DNA from: Halocafeteria seosinensis
Lineage: Eukaryota
Length of the DNA stretch: 64,000 bases
Direction: 5' to 3'
NCBI GenBank assembly: GCA_001687465.1
Contig: LVLI01000214.1
Coordinates: 124,001 to 188,000, forward strand
The notes under the pieces are model-generated. The model made no database searches. It was given only the letters and a program-made list of their open reading frames with translations, and was not told where the DNA came from. The stretch's first letter is position 1. Each line of letters opens with the position of its first letter. The translations under genes and the position numbers were made by a program. This document shows, one piece after another, positions 37,083 to 49,764 of the stretch.

Positions 37083-38833
37083 TCCTGTTGTTCACGAAGC
37101 TCCCCTCGAATTTACCGTCTTTCCTAGGGATTCCCTGTTACGGAACCAATATGAGATACTGAATTGGGTATAAACGCATGTGCAGAAGAACCAGAATTCG
37201 TCCGGATGCCGGAAACACGCTAACTAATGTTGAAGGCCAGAGCTTCACACGCTTGTTACAATTCTGGCGCGGTTAGCGCTCACCAGCAGGCTCACAATCC
37301 ATCGGAAAACACTCAAGCACCCTATTCCAGGGGAAGCACATATATGCCCTAGTCAGCATACTCTACAACCCCATCCTCGAGCATACTCCGTGGAAGCGCC
37401 CATTTGCGTTAATAACAGGACAATGTTTTGTTTCACTTACCGCTTCAAGTTGCAATGCTGTTGCACAATCTCGCAAGGAGTTTCTGCCACGCTCCGGTTC
37501 CTTAGCCACTTTGATCTCTGGGTTAGAGCATCAAAGCTCGTTCTTGTAGAAATCTACACGTCCGATGGAATCCCGCTGTTCTTTGCAATAGCGTGGAGGA
37601 CACGTGGAAGAAGGGAAAAGCCTGGCATCGAGCGAACACAACCAACGCGTGGTCCACTTGTTCTTTCCCACTATCACACAACCGGCAGGAAGGAGGCAAA
37701 AATGTGACCCCTATCAAGTGACCAACGCAACAACAACAAAATGATTTCGACCTTGTCAATCACCAATGACAATCCGCGGAAGTCCAACACTGTGGAGCAC
37801 ATGGGTCATAAAACACTGTGCGGAAAACTGAGGGAAAAATGGCTTTCACAACTACTAGTCTACTACTGGTAACTATTCGCAAGGCGACGCAAGAAAAAGG
37901 AAGGTCTGAAAAATCTCAGTAGTGCATGCAGCAAGTTACGCGGAAAGAGCTGCTAGAGAGCGTTCCACAGAAAGAGAATAAAATTGTACATTTATTACAG
38001 TGAGCCACCGGCCAACGAGTGTGCATGACTACTTGTGCACAGTTCCCGGCGTTTCGACTCTCACAACGGCCATATCACTGGGTCCATCCGCGAATTGTCA
38101 CACACTGTACACTTGAGGTAGCTCGCAAGATGTCTGTGCGACACAGACTGTGTCCCACGGTGGACTCCCACCAGGGTTGTTGGCAACTTGTTGCCCACTG
38201 GGGCCATCGTGGTATCTTTCGAACGGCTACCCAAATACGTGCATCCCTCGCTGTAATCAAAGCAAAACCTGACTGTACAAAGACTCTCTCCTGCGTAAGA
38301 TACATGAGCGGGATAGAGATCCATATTTGTTCTGTCTCCCTGGTCGTTGATGTATCGATACAACGCGCGCTCCATTGAATAAAAAACTATCGTATCATGC
38401 CAGACACACACTGCAGTAGTGTCTTCGTTTGTCCTGGATCACAAATATATTATTCCAGTTAACCACCCCAGTCTGGCACACACACATCAATGTCTGGCAC
38501 TGCAGACTGCAGGATGCATTGGACAAGGACCTTTACAAGGTTTCGCTTTCCGACAAACTTTCCGTCGACTTAGCCGTGGCCTTTCATAAGGGGAGAGCAA
38601 AGGGGCCAAAAAGATGCCACCTATAAGTCTCCTTCCACTACAACAAAGGATCGCGATCGACTCTAAACCCCCATTACATGACGTAATACATGTGTTTATC
38701 TTGATTGTGTTGGATACAGTGCGAGACAAGTTGCTCCTCCTGTAATTGTGGTGGTGCGCGGTCGCCATACGGATCCTTTTGTGGCTTGCTTGTTCTTTGA
38801 CCAGATATTTTTGACTTCCCGAAGCAGAAAACA

Positions 38834-40781
38834 ATGCTTTCGCTCCCGCATAAACATGCCATGAGGCAGATTGTGTCCTTCGCTAAGGGTACGCAGAAGC
38901 CCCTTGGGCGAGCTGCCTCAGCTTCCCTCCCACAGAGCTGCCGTTTCTCTGCCAGAGCTCCTCAGCCTGCAGAGGTCTATTCTCATTTCGAGAAGCGTCT
39001 GAAAGAGACCCAACAACAGGCTCTCCTCGGAGGTGGGGAAGAACGAATTAAGAAGCAGGTATGATTGGAATTGTATCGATTACCTTTTCATAGTTTCGGT
39101 GGTGGTTAATAATTTTTTTTTTTTTTTTTTTGGCTTCGTTCCAGCATGCCAAGGGGAAACTTACTGCCAGAGAGCGTGTAGAATTGCTTTTGGATGAAGG
39201 TACTTTCCGAGAATATGACCAGCTCAAGGAGCATCGATGCCAAGATTTCGGCATGGAAAATCAGCACATGCCTGGTGATGGTGTTGTTACTGGCCACGGC
39301 CGTATCAACGGGAGAACCGTGTTCGTTTTCAGTCAGGTAAAGGCTTCCGCTTGTTTATCATCACCAAAGCAATGATCAAAGCTGCTTACGTTACAGGATT
39401 TCACTGTTTCGGGGGGCTCCCTTAGCGAAACTCATGCTGAAAAGATATGCAAGGTCATGGACAAGGCTGTCGCTGTTGGTGCCCCCGTTATAGGGCTGAA
39501 TGATTCGGGGGGTGCACGAATACAGGAAGGAGTCGATAGCTTGGCAGGATACGCCGAAGTCTTCCAGAGAAACGTTGATGCCAGTGGAATGATCCCCCAG
39601 ATCTCTGTTATAATGGGACCTTGTGCTGGTGGAGCTGTTTACAGCCCAGCCATGACAGATTTTGTCTTTATGGTTCGCGATACCAGTCATATGTTTGTAA
39701 CCGGGCCGGAGGTAGTCAGAACAGTCACTAATGAAGATGTGACACAAGAGGAACTCGGTGGTGCTCACACTCATACGACAAGGTCTGGAGTAGCGCACGG
39801 TTCCTTCGAAAATGATGTGGAAATGCTGCGCCAAATGCGTGACTTCCTCAGCTTTTTACCGTCCTCCAACAAATCAGGTGTACCGTATGTCCCGACTGAC
39901 GACTCAAGACACCGAAAATGCGAGAAGCTGCGCCGAATGGTTCCTACTGATCCGAATGTTCCTTATGATATTAAATCCATCATGGAAGAGGTGGCTGATA
40001 AGCGCGAATTGTTCGAAATCATGCCCGATTATGCGAAGAACATCGTCGTAGGCTTTGCTCGGATGGAAGGACAAACGGTCGGTATGGTCGGCAATCAGCC
40101 CATGGAATTGGCGGGATGTCTCGACATCAACTCTTCAGTCAAAGCTGGGCGCTTTGTTCGCTTCTGTGACGCTTTCAACATCCCCTTAGTAACGTTTGTG
40201 GATGTACCGGGCTTCTTACCTGGCACCGGTCAAGAATTTGGCGGAATCATTAGGTAAGTATAACATGGAATGTGCTTAGAAGATTGAAATATGGAAGACG
40301 ACGACTGTGATTGATTGTATCAGACATGGTGCAAAACTGCTATATGCGTACGCTGAAGCCAGCGTTCCAAAACTAACTGTGATCACACGGAAGGCGTATG
40401 GTGGAGCTTACGATGTAATGAGCTCGAAACACCTGCGTGGCGATTATAATTACGCTTGGCCCAGTGCTTCGGTGGCGGTTATGGGTGCTAAGGGAGCAGT
40501 TGAGATCATTTTCCGTGGACAGAACGTTGAAGAACGGACTCAGGAGTACATAGACCGTTTTGCGAATCCAATGGTAGGTTTAGGTATCCTAGCTTGGCAT
40601 AACTGCTGTTGTTTTACGTACTTTCCTTACTAATTGAACGCAGAGGGCCGCTGAAAGAGGATTCGTAGATGACATCATTGATCCGGCAACAACTCGACAG
40701 AGACTCTGCGAAGACTTAGAGCTCCTGAAGAACAAGGAGCCTGATAACTTTGACAAGAAACACGGCAATATTCCTCTGTAA
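38834..40781 (+). CDS. PCCB: Propionyl-CoA carboxylase beta chain (mitochondrial), 5 exons
   Basis: Presequence-like N-terminus, plus [63 protein letters not shown] and a terminal KKHGNIPL* at 40781. Confidence 0.96.
39113..39131 (+). repeat. Poly-T tract (19 nt) in PCCB intron 1
   Basis: Run of T upstream of the acceptor, the only long homopolymer I saw in the window. Confidence 0.9.
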
Positions 40782-40919
40782 GGAAAAGGTCACTGGTGAA
40801 CACCCAATTGTGGAAGATGCAGCATGGGATACGTCCTAGAACTGTCACTCTAAGAATGGATCTCCTCTAGCATAGCATACGCTGTGTACAATTGTACAAG
40901 AAGTATCATCTACAAATCT

Positions 40920-42205
40920 TCATACGCTAAGTTTCTCCATTTCTTTCGTCAATTCCTCTTTAGTCAGACTTCTAAACTCGGCATCTTCAATGGGAGAAAC
41001 TCCTTTCATTTTCCGTTTAAGATTGAAACGATGCCATTGATCACGATAATGCGCTTTTTGTTGCTCCTTGTTTTCGAAATTGATTCCGCAGGTGTTGCAT
41101 TTACCGACACTGGTGGGTTGCACAACTTTGCTTGAGGCACCAGCCGCAGTTTTGGTCTCTTCACCGACTGCGCCCCCAGAACTATCACCATGCCTGGGGT
41201 TGCTTTGGCTGCTACCCTCCCGCAACTGCTCAGGGTCTTGTCCGGATACATATCGGTGAGTATCTCCGGTTGAGGCGTCCTGTTGGATTGACAGTTCCAG
41301 GACTTCTAGCGCACAGTTTTCCGCCCCATATTTGTCCACGCATTCCTGAAGTTTTCGATACGTTCCAGGATCTATTTTTAGTTGGAAAAATATGGAAGCT
41401 TTGTTGTCATTTTCGTGCTCTATTTCAGCATCGTCTCTTCTCAGCAAATCAAGTACGTCATCTTTGACTTTCGATGGAACACAAAAGCGTACCCGCATCT
41501 GTGACCTCCGAATAGCCATAACTTCCTTCAACCTAGGAATCAATTCCAGCGCTTGTTGTTTTGCGTTTTTGTTTAACTTAGCGCCAAAGTGTACGTCTTT
41601 CATCGCCCGTTCAATTACGCTTACCTGCTAAAGGATGCTAGTGTTTTCATAAGTTTCCTCGCTGACAGGTAGCCCAAATTTAACATACCGGATAGGGACG
41701 GTTGCTTGTCGGTTCAACGCACTTGGATGCTATGATAGAGGCAATATCGCGGAACAGACTGTATTCAAGCAACACCCTATAGCCGTGTGATCGGAGGACG
41801 AACGCTTTAATCAGTACGTACTTATCAAGGTGGGCTTGTCGCTCTCTATCGGAGATTTGCAAGTCCCCTTCATCTAAGATAACCCTCGCACATTTGGAGT
41901 GATCGGTCGAGCCAAACACCTTTTCGAGATCCTTTGCTTTGGCCGAGATTCCCTGTATTCCACAATTACCACAATTGAAGTTGCCTGCGCAAACAGCACC
42001 ACAGCAGACATACCTTCGACACACTCTCGAAAACAAAGTCAGACTGCAGAACCTCATCTATGTCCTTCTCTACTCCATTCCTCCAGTTCACGACTTTATT
42101 CCTATACGCGGCAATCTCGAATCGCTTGCCATACTTCTTATAGCGCACAACTGCAACATTGGTCATGGGGACCTGCGTCACAGGCCGGAACCTTGACGTG
42201 CTCAT
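40920..42205 (-). CDS. SBDS: Ribosome maturation protein SBDS/Sdo1 with a C-terminal C2H2 zinc finger
   Basis: Motifs [37 protein letters not shown], and a C-terminal [18 protein letters not shown]. Confidence 0.95.
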
Positions 42206-42941
42206 TATCTTCCCATTCAAACGAATCTGCTCCAATCACATAGTAACAAGTAGCACGCAAGTAATCACGAGACTTGCCTTTCCTCCCATCAATCTAGCAA
42301 GCGAATGCTTGTGTCACACCATTTTCGCTCCCTCAGGCAAACTTCAACTTGGGTCCCCCTCGGAATCCGGGCCGAAAGCCCGGGAGCAGCAACAATTTGG
42401 AATGCTTAATTGCAAGGTTCGAAATTTAACTCTCGTGTGTACAGTGTCACACAGTATGGATAGTCATACGGTCGAGTGAATATTGTTTGAGGATAGAGGT
42501 ACTGTACAGCCCCGAGCGACAAAAGGTTGTATTTCTGTGTGGGTCTTTAGGTTTATTCGGGTCGAGGGAAACTCCGGTTAAATACGCCAGTAGGGTATAT
42601 CATAGCCGCTCAATCTTTACCATTACTGCTGCTTTCCATACTCTCGCAGTAATTGTTTAACCAACCATTTGAACTCGGACACCGCCAAGACACTCCGCCC
42701 ATTAATTCATTGGCCTGCAAGTTGAAGTCCCACAGGCAGGAATTGTTTTCCCTTGGAGCGAGTCGAAGTTCCTTGCAGAGATACTTAATCAAGGAAAGGG
42801 CTACCCGTATTAGCCGTTTATTACGGTGGCAGTAGTACGGGACTGCTGCGAATGGACGTGAATTATCCTTTGCTGAGGTTTGATCCCTGTAACTTCCAGC
42901 TAACGGCAAGCGAGTGAACTGGGCCAGCAAGTCAGGAAGAA

Positions 42942-45900
42942 ATGGCGTCCACGTCGCAAAATGATCAACCGACTGATTCGGATGGCCAGTCTAACATCAA
43001 GGTTGTTGTAAGAATCCGTCCTCGTAACGAGCATGAAAAGCAAGTGCATGCCGATGAAAAGGTCCGAGCAACCTCGAACGTGGTAGTCGTCGACGACCCG
43101 GCAGCCACCAGTGAAGATATACTGAAACGACGAAGGAGCAAACCAAGGAAATTCGCCTTTGATGAGGTCTTCGGTGGAGATGTACAACAACAGCATGTCT
43201 ATGAGAAGACTACTAAAGACTTGGTTCCAACTGCCCTGGATGGGTTCAATTCTACTGTGTTTGCTTACGGAGCTACAGGGAGCGGCAAAACGTACACGGT
43301 ATGTTACAGATACATGAGAGCAATATCCCCAGCGTCTTCCATCACTTACTAACTACAATTTGAGATTAACAGATGTTGGGCACGGAAAATTCTCCCGGTA
43401 TCATGGTGAAGACTCTGGAAGATCTGTATCGGCTTATTGGAGAAGAGCAAGAGCAGAATGATTCTGAATTTAATGTTACTCTTTCGTATGGTACGTTTGA
43501 AATGTTGAATGGATTAAGTGTTTTCCGTTGGACTGACGGGTTTAGGAGCTAATGAGTGGCTGCAGTGGAAATCTACAATGAAAATATACGTGATTTGTTG
43601 GGCTCTACTGATGAATACTTGGACCTGAGAGAAGATCCCATAAAAGGTAAGCCTATCGCTACTGAGGCGGCATTATTCGCAGTTCCTGGTTGTGGCACGT
43701 TGGCGCATTATATTTGCAGGACCTCTTGTGGCAGGGGTCACGGAACTGCCAGTGACAAATACCAACGATGTGATGAATCTTTTAGCACAAGGCAACCAGT
43801 GCCGGACACAGGAGCCTACCGCGGCCAATCAGGAATCGAGTCGTTCCCACGCCGTGCTCCAAATTCTCGTTGAGCAGAAGAAAAAACATGGAGACAAGAT
43901 GAAGATCGGAAAACTGTCGCTAATCGATCTAGCTGGAAGTGAAAGGGCATCCAAGACGCAAAACCGGGGCAAGAGACTAGCGGAGGGTGCCAACATTAAT
44001 AGGAGTCTTTTATCCCTGGGAAACTGTATCAACGCGCTTCAGAATGCGAAAAAAGGGTCGTACGTTCCCTACCGAGACTCGAAACTAACGCGGTTGCTAA
44101 AGGATTCGCTAGGTAAGAAATTTTGAGCGCTAGTCAAGGTTCCGCTCTCCAATGGTTCAATTCGTGCCCTGCAGGAGGGAACTGTCGCACTGTGATGATT
44201 GCGACAGTAGCTCCCACGGCGGGTGCGTTCGAAGAAAGCGTCAATACTTTGAAGTATGCTGCGCATGGTGTGGATGTAGCTTTTATTTCGTATCTCCAGC
44301 ACCCTGCATCTGTTGTTCTGTTTGCAGATATGCCAACCGCGCAAAAAACATTAAGACAACAATACGGCGTAACGTGGTCGATGTCAACTACCATATCTCA
44401 GGTAGGACACTTGCTGTTGTGTAGAAAACATTGATTGGGTTGTTCATTACGTCTAACAATATTGCAGAATACGAAAACCTAATCCAAGGCCTTCGATCTG
44501 AAATCTCTGAGCTGAAGCAACAGCTTGCAATGGCTAGTAACGGAAGTCCTAGGCCTCCTTCGGCTCGGACGCAGTTGAAACAATTGATTACTCTTCCTCC
44601 GGAACAGGCCCTTCCTTCCACTGACCGAAGCAGTAGCAAGTCTTTCGCCCAAGAAGCTTTTTCCGCTAAGGCAACGAATGTCTCTGGCAGGGAAGCATTG
44701 AGTTCGGAATATCTTGAGGACCTCAGAAGTCAAATGATCGATAACTTTCAGGAGCGCATGCAATTGAAACGCTCACTGATAGACTTACAAGCGAAGAACT
44801 TGCAAAACGAGGTTGACCTATCGAAACGGTATGTGTTACCTGCAACTCTTGTAGGCCTTCAATTCATGGCATGACTGCCTCTGCAGAAAGGTGGAAATAG
44901 CTCGTTGGGAACATTCGCAAAGAACGTCTACCTCCAAGGGAGCTCTTCAATCCTCCCTTGTAGCTGAGTTACCGAATGGCGAAGAAAGCGTAAGCCCAAG
45001 TGATATTATATGTGCTTGGCCCAGCAAAATGTTATCTTATTCTTGGAGCAGGTATCAAGGGCTCGCTCGGATGTTGAGGAACTACAATCGAGCATAGATA
45101 AAAACGTCAAGCTCCGCGAAGACCTTTTGAATAGAATGAAGCAAAATGAGAAGTAAGGGCAGTGCAGATACCCCCGAGTTTCTTGTGATGCATCGGAGCG
45201 CATTTTGTGCAGTCACGCGGCCGAGTTGCGTTCGGAAATGGAAAAGCATGCAACGGACGATGATAAACGGGATTTGTTAATGTTGCAGTATCGTGTGGGT
45301 CTCATTGAGGTGGAAAATATGGAGTTAGAGGTAAGATTTGAGTCTGTTTTACGTTTTTTGAGGAAGCACATAGCACTGTAGATGTTCCTGTCTTTTACTT
45401 GGATCAGCACTCAAGGATGTTGCACGAACATGTCATGCGGAAGAAGGACGTAGAAGTGAGAAAACTGCGGCTACAGTTGCGCGCAAGAGATAGACTAATC
45501 GAACAGCAAGCAGAGTTGTTAACAAAACACGGATTGGCGGATCAGCTAGATTATGATGCTGTCGCTGCCGTGGATGAAGAATTGTCACTTGAAGAAGAAG
45601 AAAGTGACAACTTCGACTATCCCCTAAGCTGGTTCTCGGACGGCAAGGGAAAACCCCATGGTAGAACGGGGGCTGGCAACGGATGGTCATCCAACGGCGT
45701 GGTGTTACCGCCGCTGTCAATTACCCAAGATGGTCACGATGATGTTACAGAAGCCCCAAGGAGCTCTTGCTATAGGGCAGAAGAAACCGACAGGAATACA
45801 GAAGCACAATCCGTGCGTACCAGTGGCAAGACGGAGACTTCTGTTCATTCTGCCAATCCACCAAGAAGTGCCCGGAGATGGGGAAGGAACAGGGAGAAGA

Positions 45901-47138
45901 AGAATACTCAAGGGAAAAAAGCGCTTTCCCCAATTCAACATTCACATGCCGCCTCGGCGTCTTCTGGAGAAGCCTGGGTAGAAGCGTCAGGAGAACCGAG
46001 CACCGCTCAAGCAACATCAGCGATTGGTCAGCATCGTAGTGGGACAGAGAACGAGCCCAAGGATGTGCATACTCTCCCGGCGCATCTAGATAAAAAGCAA
46101 AGGAAGAAACGACCAGCGATGAGACGGACTGACTATTCGCCCGTTAGAAGGAAAGAACCAGGGAAACCACACTTATCTCGTTTAGCGAACGACAGCAGAG
46201 AATCCGAGAGCGAGAAGAGTCAGGAAGCGGAGCTGCGTGATCATGGTGGTGTACAGTCGGTAGAATCATTATCCCTTGAGGATTTGGACGCTCAGCCGAG
46301 AAGGCAAGGTAGTCATTCGGAAGAGGGTGAGGGTATCAGGAATAAGTTAGCTGCTCAAGCCTCTGCTGCTGTCGCATTCGCTACTGAAGCGGCGCAGAAT
46401 GCTACCCACGTAGCCAATGTGAACAGAGAGAAGCTCATGCAAAGAAGAGAGGCACGTCTAGCTCTTGAGCAACAAGGGCATCTGTCTCCAAGCCCACCCG
46501 TCGCTGAAAAAAGGAGAAACGTTCGGCCATACGAGCAGAAAAGAGCCCTGATACAGCAAGAAGTGAACCGTCGGTCTCGTAGCTCGTCTCCATATACGTC
46601 GAAACAAGGGGCAACATTACCGAAGACTGAGAGAACAGGTCTTGCCAAGTCAAAACAGTCAGAGTCCACCGAGCTGAAAAGAGGCTCTCTTGAGCGTAGG
46701 ATTGGAGAAATACAGGAGGTTTATCAGGGTCTACGAAAGGATGACTCGTCTTCTCAATCTGCGCGATTTTTGTCGGTTGAGAAAAGAAACGGGGTTCCGC
46801 GGAAACCACGAGTGGTCTCGTACGATGATACCTCATTGAATGAGAGATTACATTCTTATGCGATTAGCGAAAGTGAGAATCAAGATGAGGAGCACGTAAC
46901 TCCCTCTCCTATACAGTGGGAACAGAATGAGGAGAGCAGTGGTAATAGTTTCGGTGACAGTACGAGCGACAATCAGACGGCTTATAGGAATGGCCCCATT
47001 GCCCGTACCGGTGAGGGCACTATAGGCGCGCATGCTAAGGAAACAGCAAATCAATCAGTGCCTGCTACAACATTAGCCGATCATACGAATGGTACGGCTC
47101 CAGCGGATACCATCCCTGGTTCTCGTGGTCTTGTCTGA
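42942..47138 (+). CDS. Kinesin-8 (KIF18/KIF19-like) motor, many exons
   Basis: Motifs VVVRIRP, FAYGATGSGKT (P-loop), EIYNENIRDLL, ANQESSRSHA, LIDLAGSER, NINRSLLSLGNCI, PYRDSKLTRLLKDSLGG and YANRAKNI, followed by a coiled-coil stalk. Confidence 0.93.
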
Positions 47139-47210
47139 TAGTCGGCATACTCTTGTGCTTCGTGTATGCCATCACTAATGATAGTTGTGCCAGGGAATGC
47201 GACTATCCTC

Positions 47211-47897
47211 TCAATCTTTATGCAATTGCTTATCATTTTCTCCTGTGTGCTCTATATCGGCTTCCATTTTCTTACGCTTATTTGTTCCTTGGTGAGCTGT
47301 TGACAAGAACTTGAAATTGGTTGTTTGCTTACACAAGCAGTGTTGATCAACGACCGCCATGACTTACCCTCGAGAGCACCCCGGAGCCGTTCATTCCATT
47401 TTCCAAATCCGGTTTCATCTAAGGCTTGGAATACATCATCGGCGTTTACGGTCTTACGTTTCCTGCCTACCGTGACATCGTTGGCGCTGCATTCAGGAAT
47501 TGGAACCGTTGCCGACGCCAGGGAGGTGGCCGCATCAAAATATACTATGGCATACGAACCTTGATGAAAGGTACAATAAAAACAACTTGACTGCAAAGTT
47601 TGCTGCGTGTTTTGCAGCTGGAGTAACTGTGACGGCTGATTTCTTGCCTCGTCTGTCCATGGTCCGCTTCACCACTTTGTTCACACCGGCGAGAGGCAAG
47701 TCCTGCGGCTCCTCGGGTTCTTCCTTCTCATTCTTATGCTCCTCCTTGGAGTTCGTTGTCACACTACCCTGTTTTTCAGCATCATTGGAGGAAGCTGAGG
47801 AGGAGGTAACTGTATTTGTGTGACTGTCTTGAGCACTTGTATCATCGTGTTCAAAATCCAGCGTTTTGGCAACTTGGCCTTCCTCTGATTGGCTCAT
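47211..47897 (-). CDS. Histone-fold protein, POLE3/DPB4/CHRAC17-like (NF-YB family)
   Basis: Motifs DLPLAGVNKVVK, FLLYLSS/ANDV..RKRKTVNADDVFQALDE. Two introns, with a spliced stop at 47211. Confidence 0.8.
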
Positions 47898-48192
47898 TTC
47901 GCGTGCGCGTTCCTCTTAAATTCAAACCTCTGTCGACGGCCACAAAATACACGCAAATCGTTTCAACATTGTGCTTCCATATCCACGCACAACACTGTTA
48001 CACCGCCAAACATGGTGGAAATGCCTCGTTTGAATTTGAATGGGGCGTGCAGGTTGAAGTTGTGGACACAGCAATCTTTTCGGCGCCTTAGAGCGCGCTT
48101 TCCGGCTGGAACCGAAGGAGGATTTGTTCCTAGTCGAAGTGTATGGTGAGATCCTGAGACTTCTGAACATACTGTTACAAACTCATAATATC

Positions 48193-49755
48193 ATGTCTAA
48201 TGAAAGACGCCCGGAATTCGATACGTCAATCGACTTTGACAAACTTCTGGAAGCCTTCCCGCCAGTGGACTTAGCTATTGCATATGGTTCAGGTGTCTTC
48301 CAACAGCAAGGATACGATGAGTTTTACAAGGGGAATGAACTCCCAATGGTTGATTTGATATTCTCCGTCAGAGACCCGGAAAAGTGGCACAGGCAAAATA
48401 TGGAGATGAATGTGGACCACTACAACGGAGTAGGACTGCTGGGTAGCAAGACTGTATCATGGGTACAAGAAGCATTCGGGGCCGGTATTTACTATAATAC
48501 TTTGGTATGTTGTCTTCAAATGATTTACTCTCATGCTTCCACGCCGTAAGGCTCCCTCGGAAAGTGCAGGTGCCCTTGCCGACTACTGTACGGGGAATTC
48601 ACGAACCGCAGCAGCTGATGAAGTATGGTGTCATCAGTAGTGCTGCCCTATTGGATGATTTAAATAACTGGAAGACTCTATATGTAGCCGGAAGGCTACA
48701 CAAACCTGTTCACATATTTCATTGTGGCGATGAGAGTTTTCGGAATGCGATGGCGGAGAACCTCCGCCACGCGCTCTCTGCATCTCTGTTGCTACTCCCC
48801 ATGAGGTTCACGCTGGAGGAACTTTTCACTGTAAGTTAACATCACAGCATCTCTCACGGATACCAGTGTTTTATCGGCAAATAACGCTCTGTACGGCAAT
48901 AACGCTCTGCAGACAATAGCATCGCTCTCTTATACCGGAGACTTCCGAATGATAATCGGCGAAAATCCGAATAAGGTCCGAAATATCGTATCTAAGAACG
49001 CTGGAAGGATGCTGAAACTGTACCGACAGCCGATGAAGAGCTGTTATCACTTAAACGTTCCGCATAGAGTGCTTGATGACATAAAGCACTTGGAGACGGA
49101 GGAGCGTTTCGCGCAAAAAATTCTTTCTACAAGCTGCTCCCAAACCAACACGGTAAATTCCCGTCTCGACTTGTTTACTTCTCTCCCCTCGTGGATTCAG
49201 CACAGTGTATGTTCAACTCAATGGTTCTACGACGAAAGTCATCGACCCCACCTAACAGCATGGAAAGACAATACCGATCAGAGCGAGAGCAAATCACGCA
49301 CTGTTTCAGGGAAAACCAATAACTTTTACCAGTGGAGGCGATCACGCGTGGGGGTGCGTGATACCCGTTCTGAGCGTTACGAAAATCGTCCTTCGCGCCC
49401 GCCACCCATTTGGAACACTAAGGCGGAACACAGAAGTCCATCAAAATCTATAAACCGCGGTACACCGTATTCTGCGACATATGGTAAGTGTCACCGAAGT
49501 CGACGAATATTAGCACGCAAACGTAAACGCGTATATGATCGCTCAGATTACTTTGCTAGAGTTATCCGGAGCAAAGGAAGCGACGCCGGTCCGCAAATTG
49601 CATCTCTATTGAAACCGACGATTGCACGAGTTGTAGGGCGAGGTAGTAGAGCACAGGCCTTCAAAGGACTCCTAACTGCGGGCTTGACGAAAACAGTATC
49701 GTACTCCTTTAGCAAGATTAGAAAGCAGCTCACAGCTATCGCAAAACTGAAGTGA
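48193..49755 (+). CDS. TAM41: Mitochondrial phosphatidate cytidylyltransferase Tam41/MMP37, 3 exons
   Basis: Motifs AYGSGVFQQ, MVDLIFSV..WH..N, GAGIYYN, KYGVIS, LYVAGRLHKPV, SYTGDFRM.IGENPNKVRNIV and QAFKGLLTAG. Confidence 0.94.
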
Positions 49756-49764
49756 AGGATCATT

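Noticed and set aside
37889..37920. GGAAGGTCTG resembling RNase P CR-I
   Set aside because: I saw no matching CR-V (CAATTCAGAC-like) sequence downstream to form P4.
42366..42391. CCGGGC-CGAAA-GCCCGG hairpin followed by GAGCAGC, superficially like SRP helix 8
   Set aside because: It is an isolated short hairpin without the SRP internal loops or Alu domain.
13834..47138. Apparent tubulin/cilium gene cluster (CCT3, FAM166-like, TBCE, kinesin-8)
   Set aside because: The genes are interspersed with unrelated ones over more than 30 kb, which is compatible with chance.
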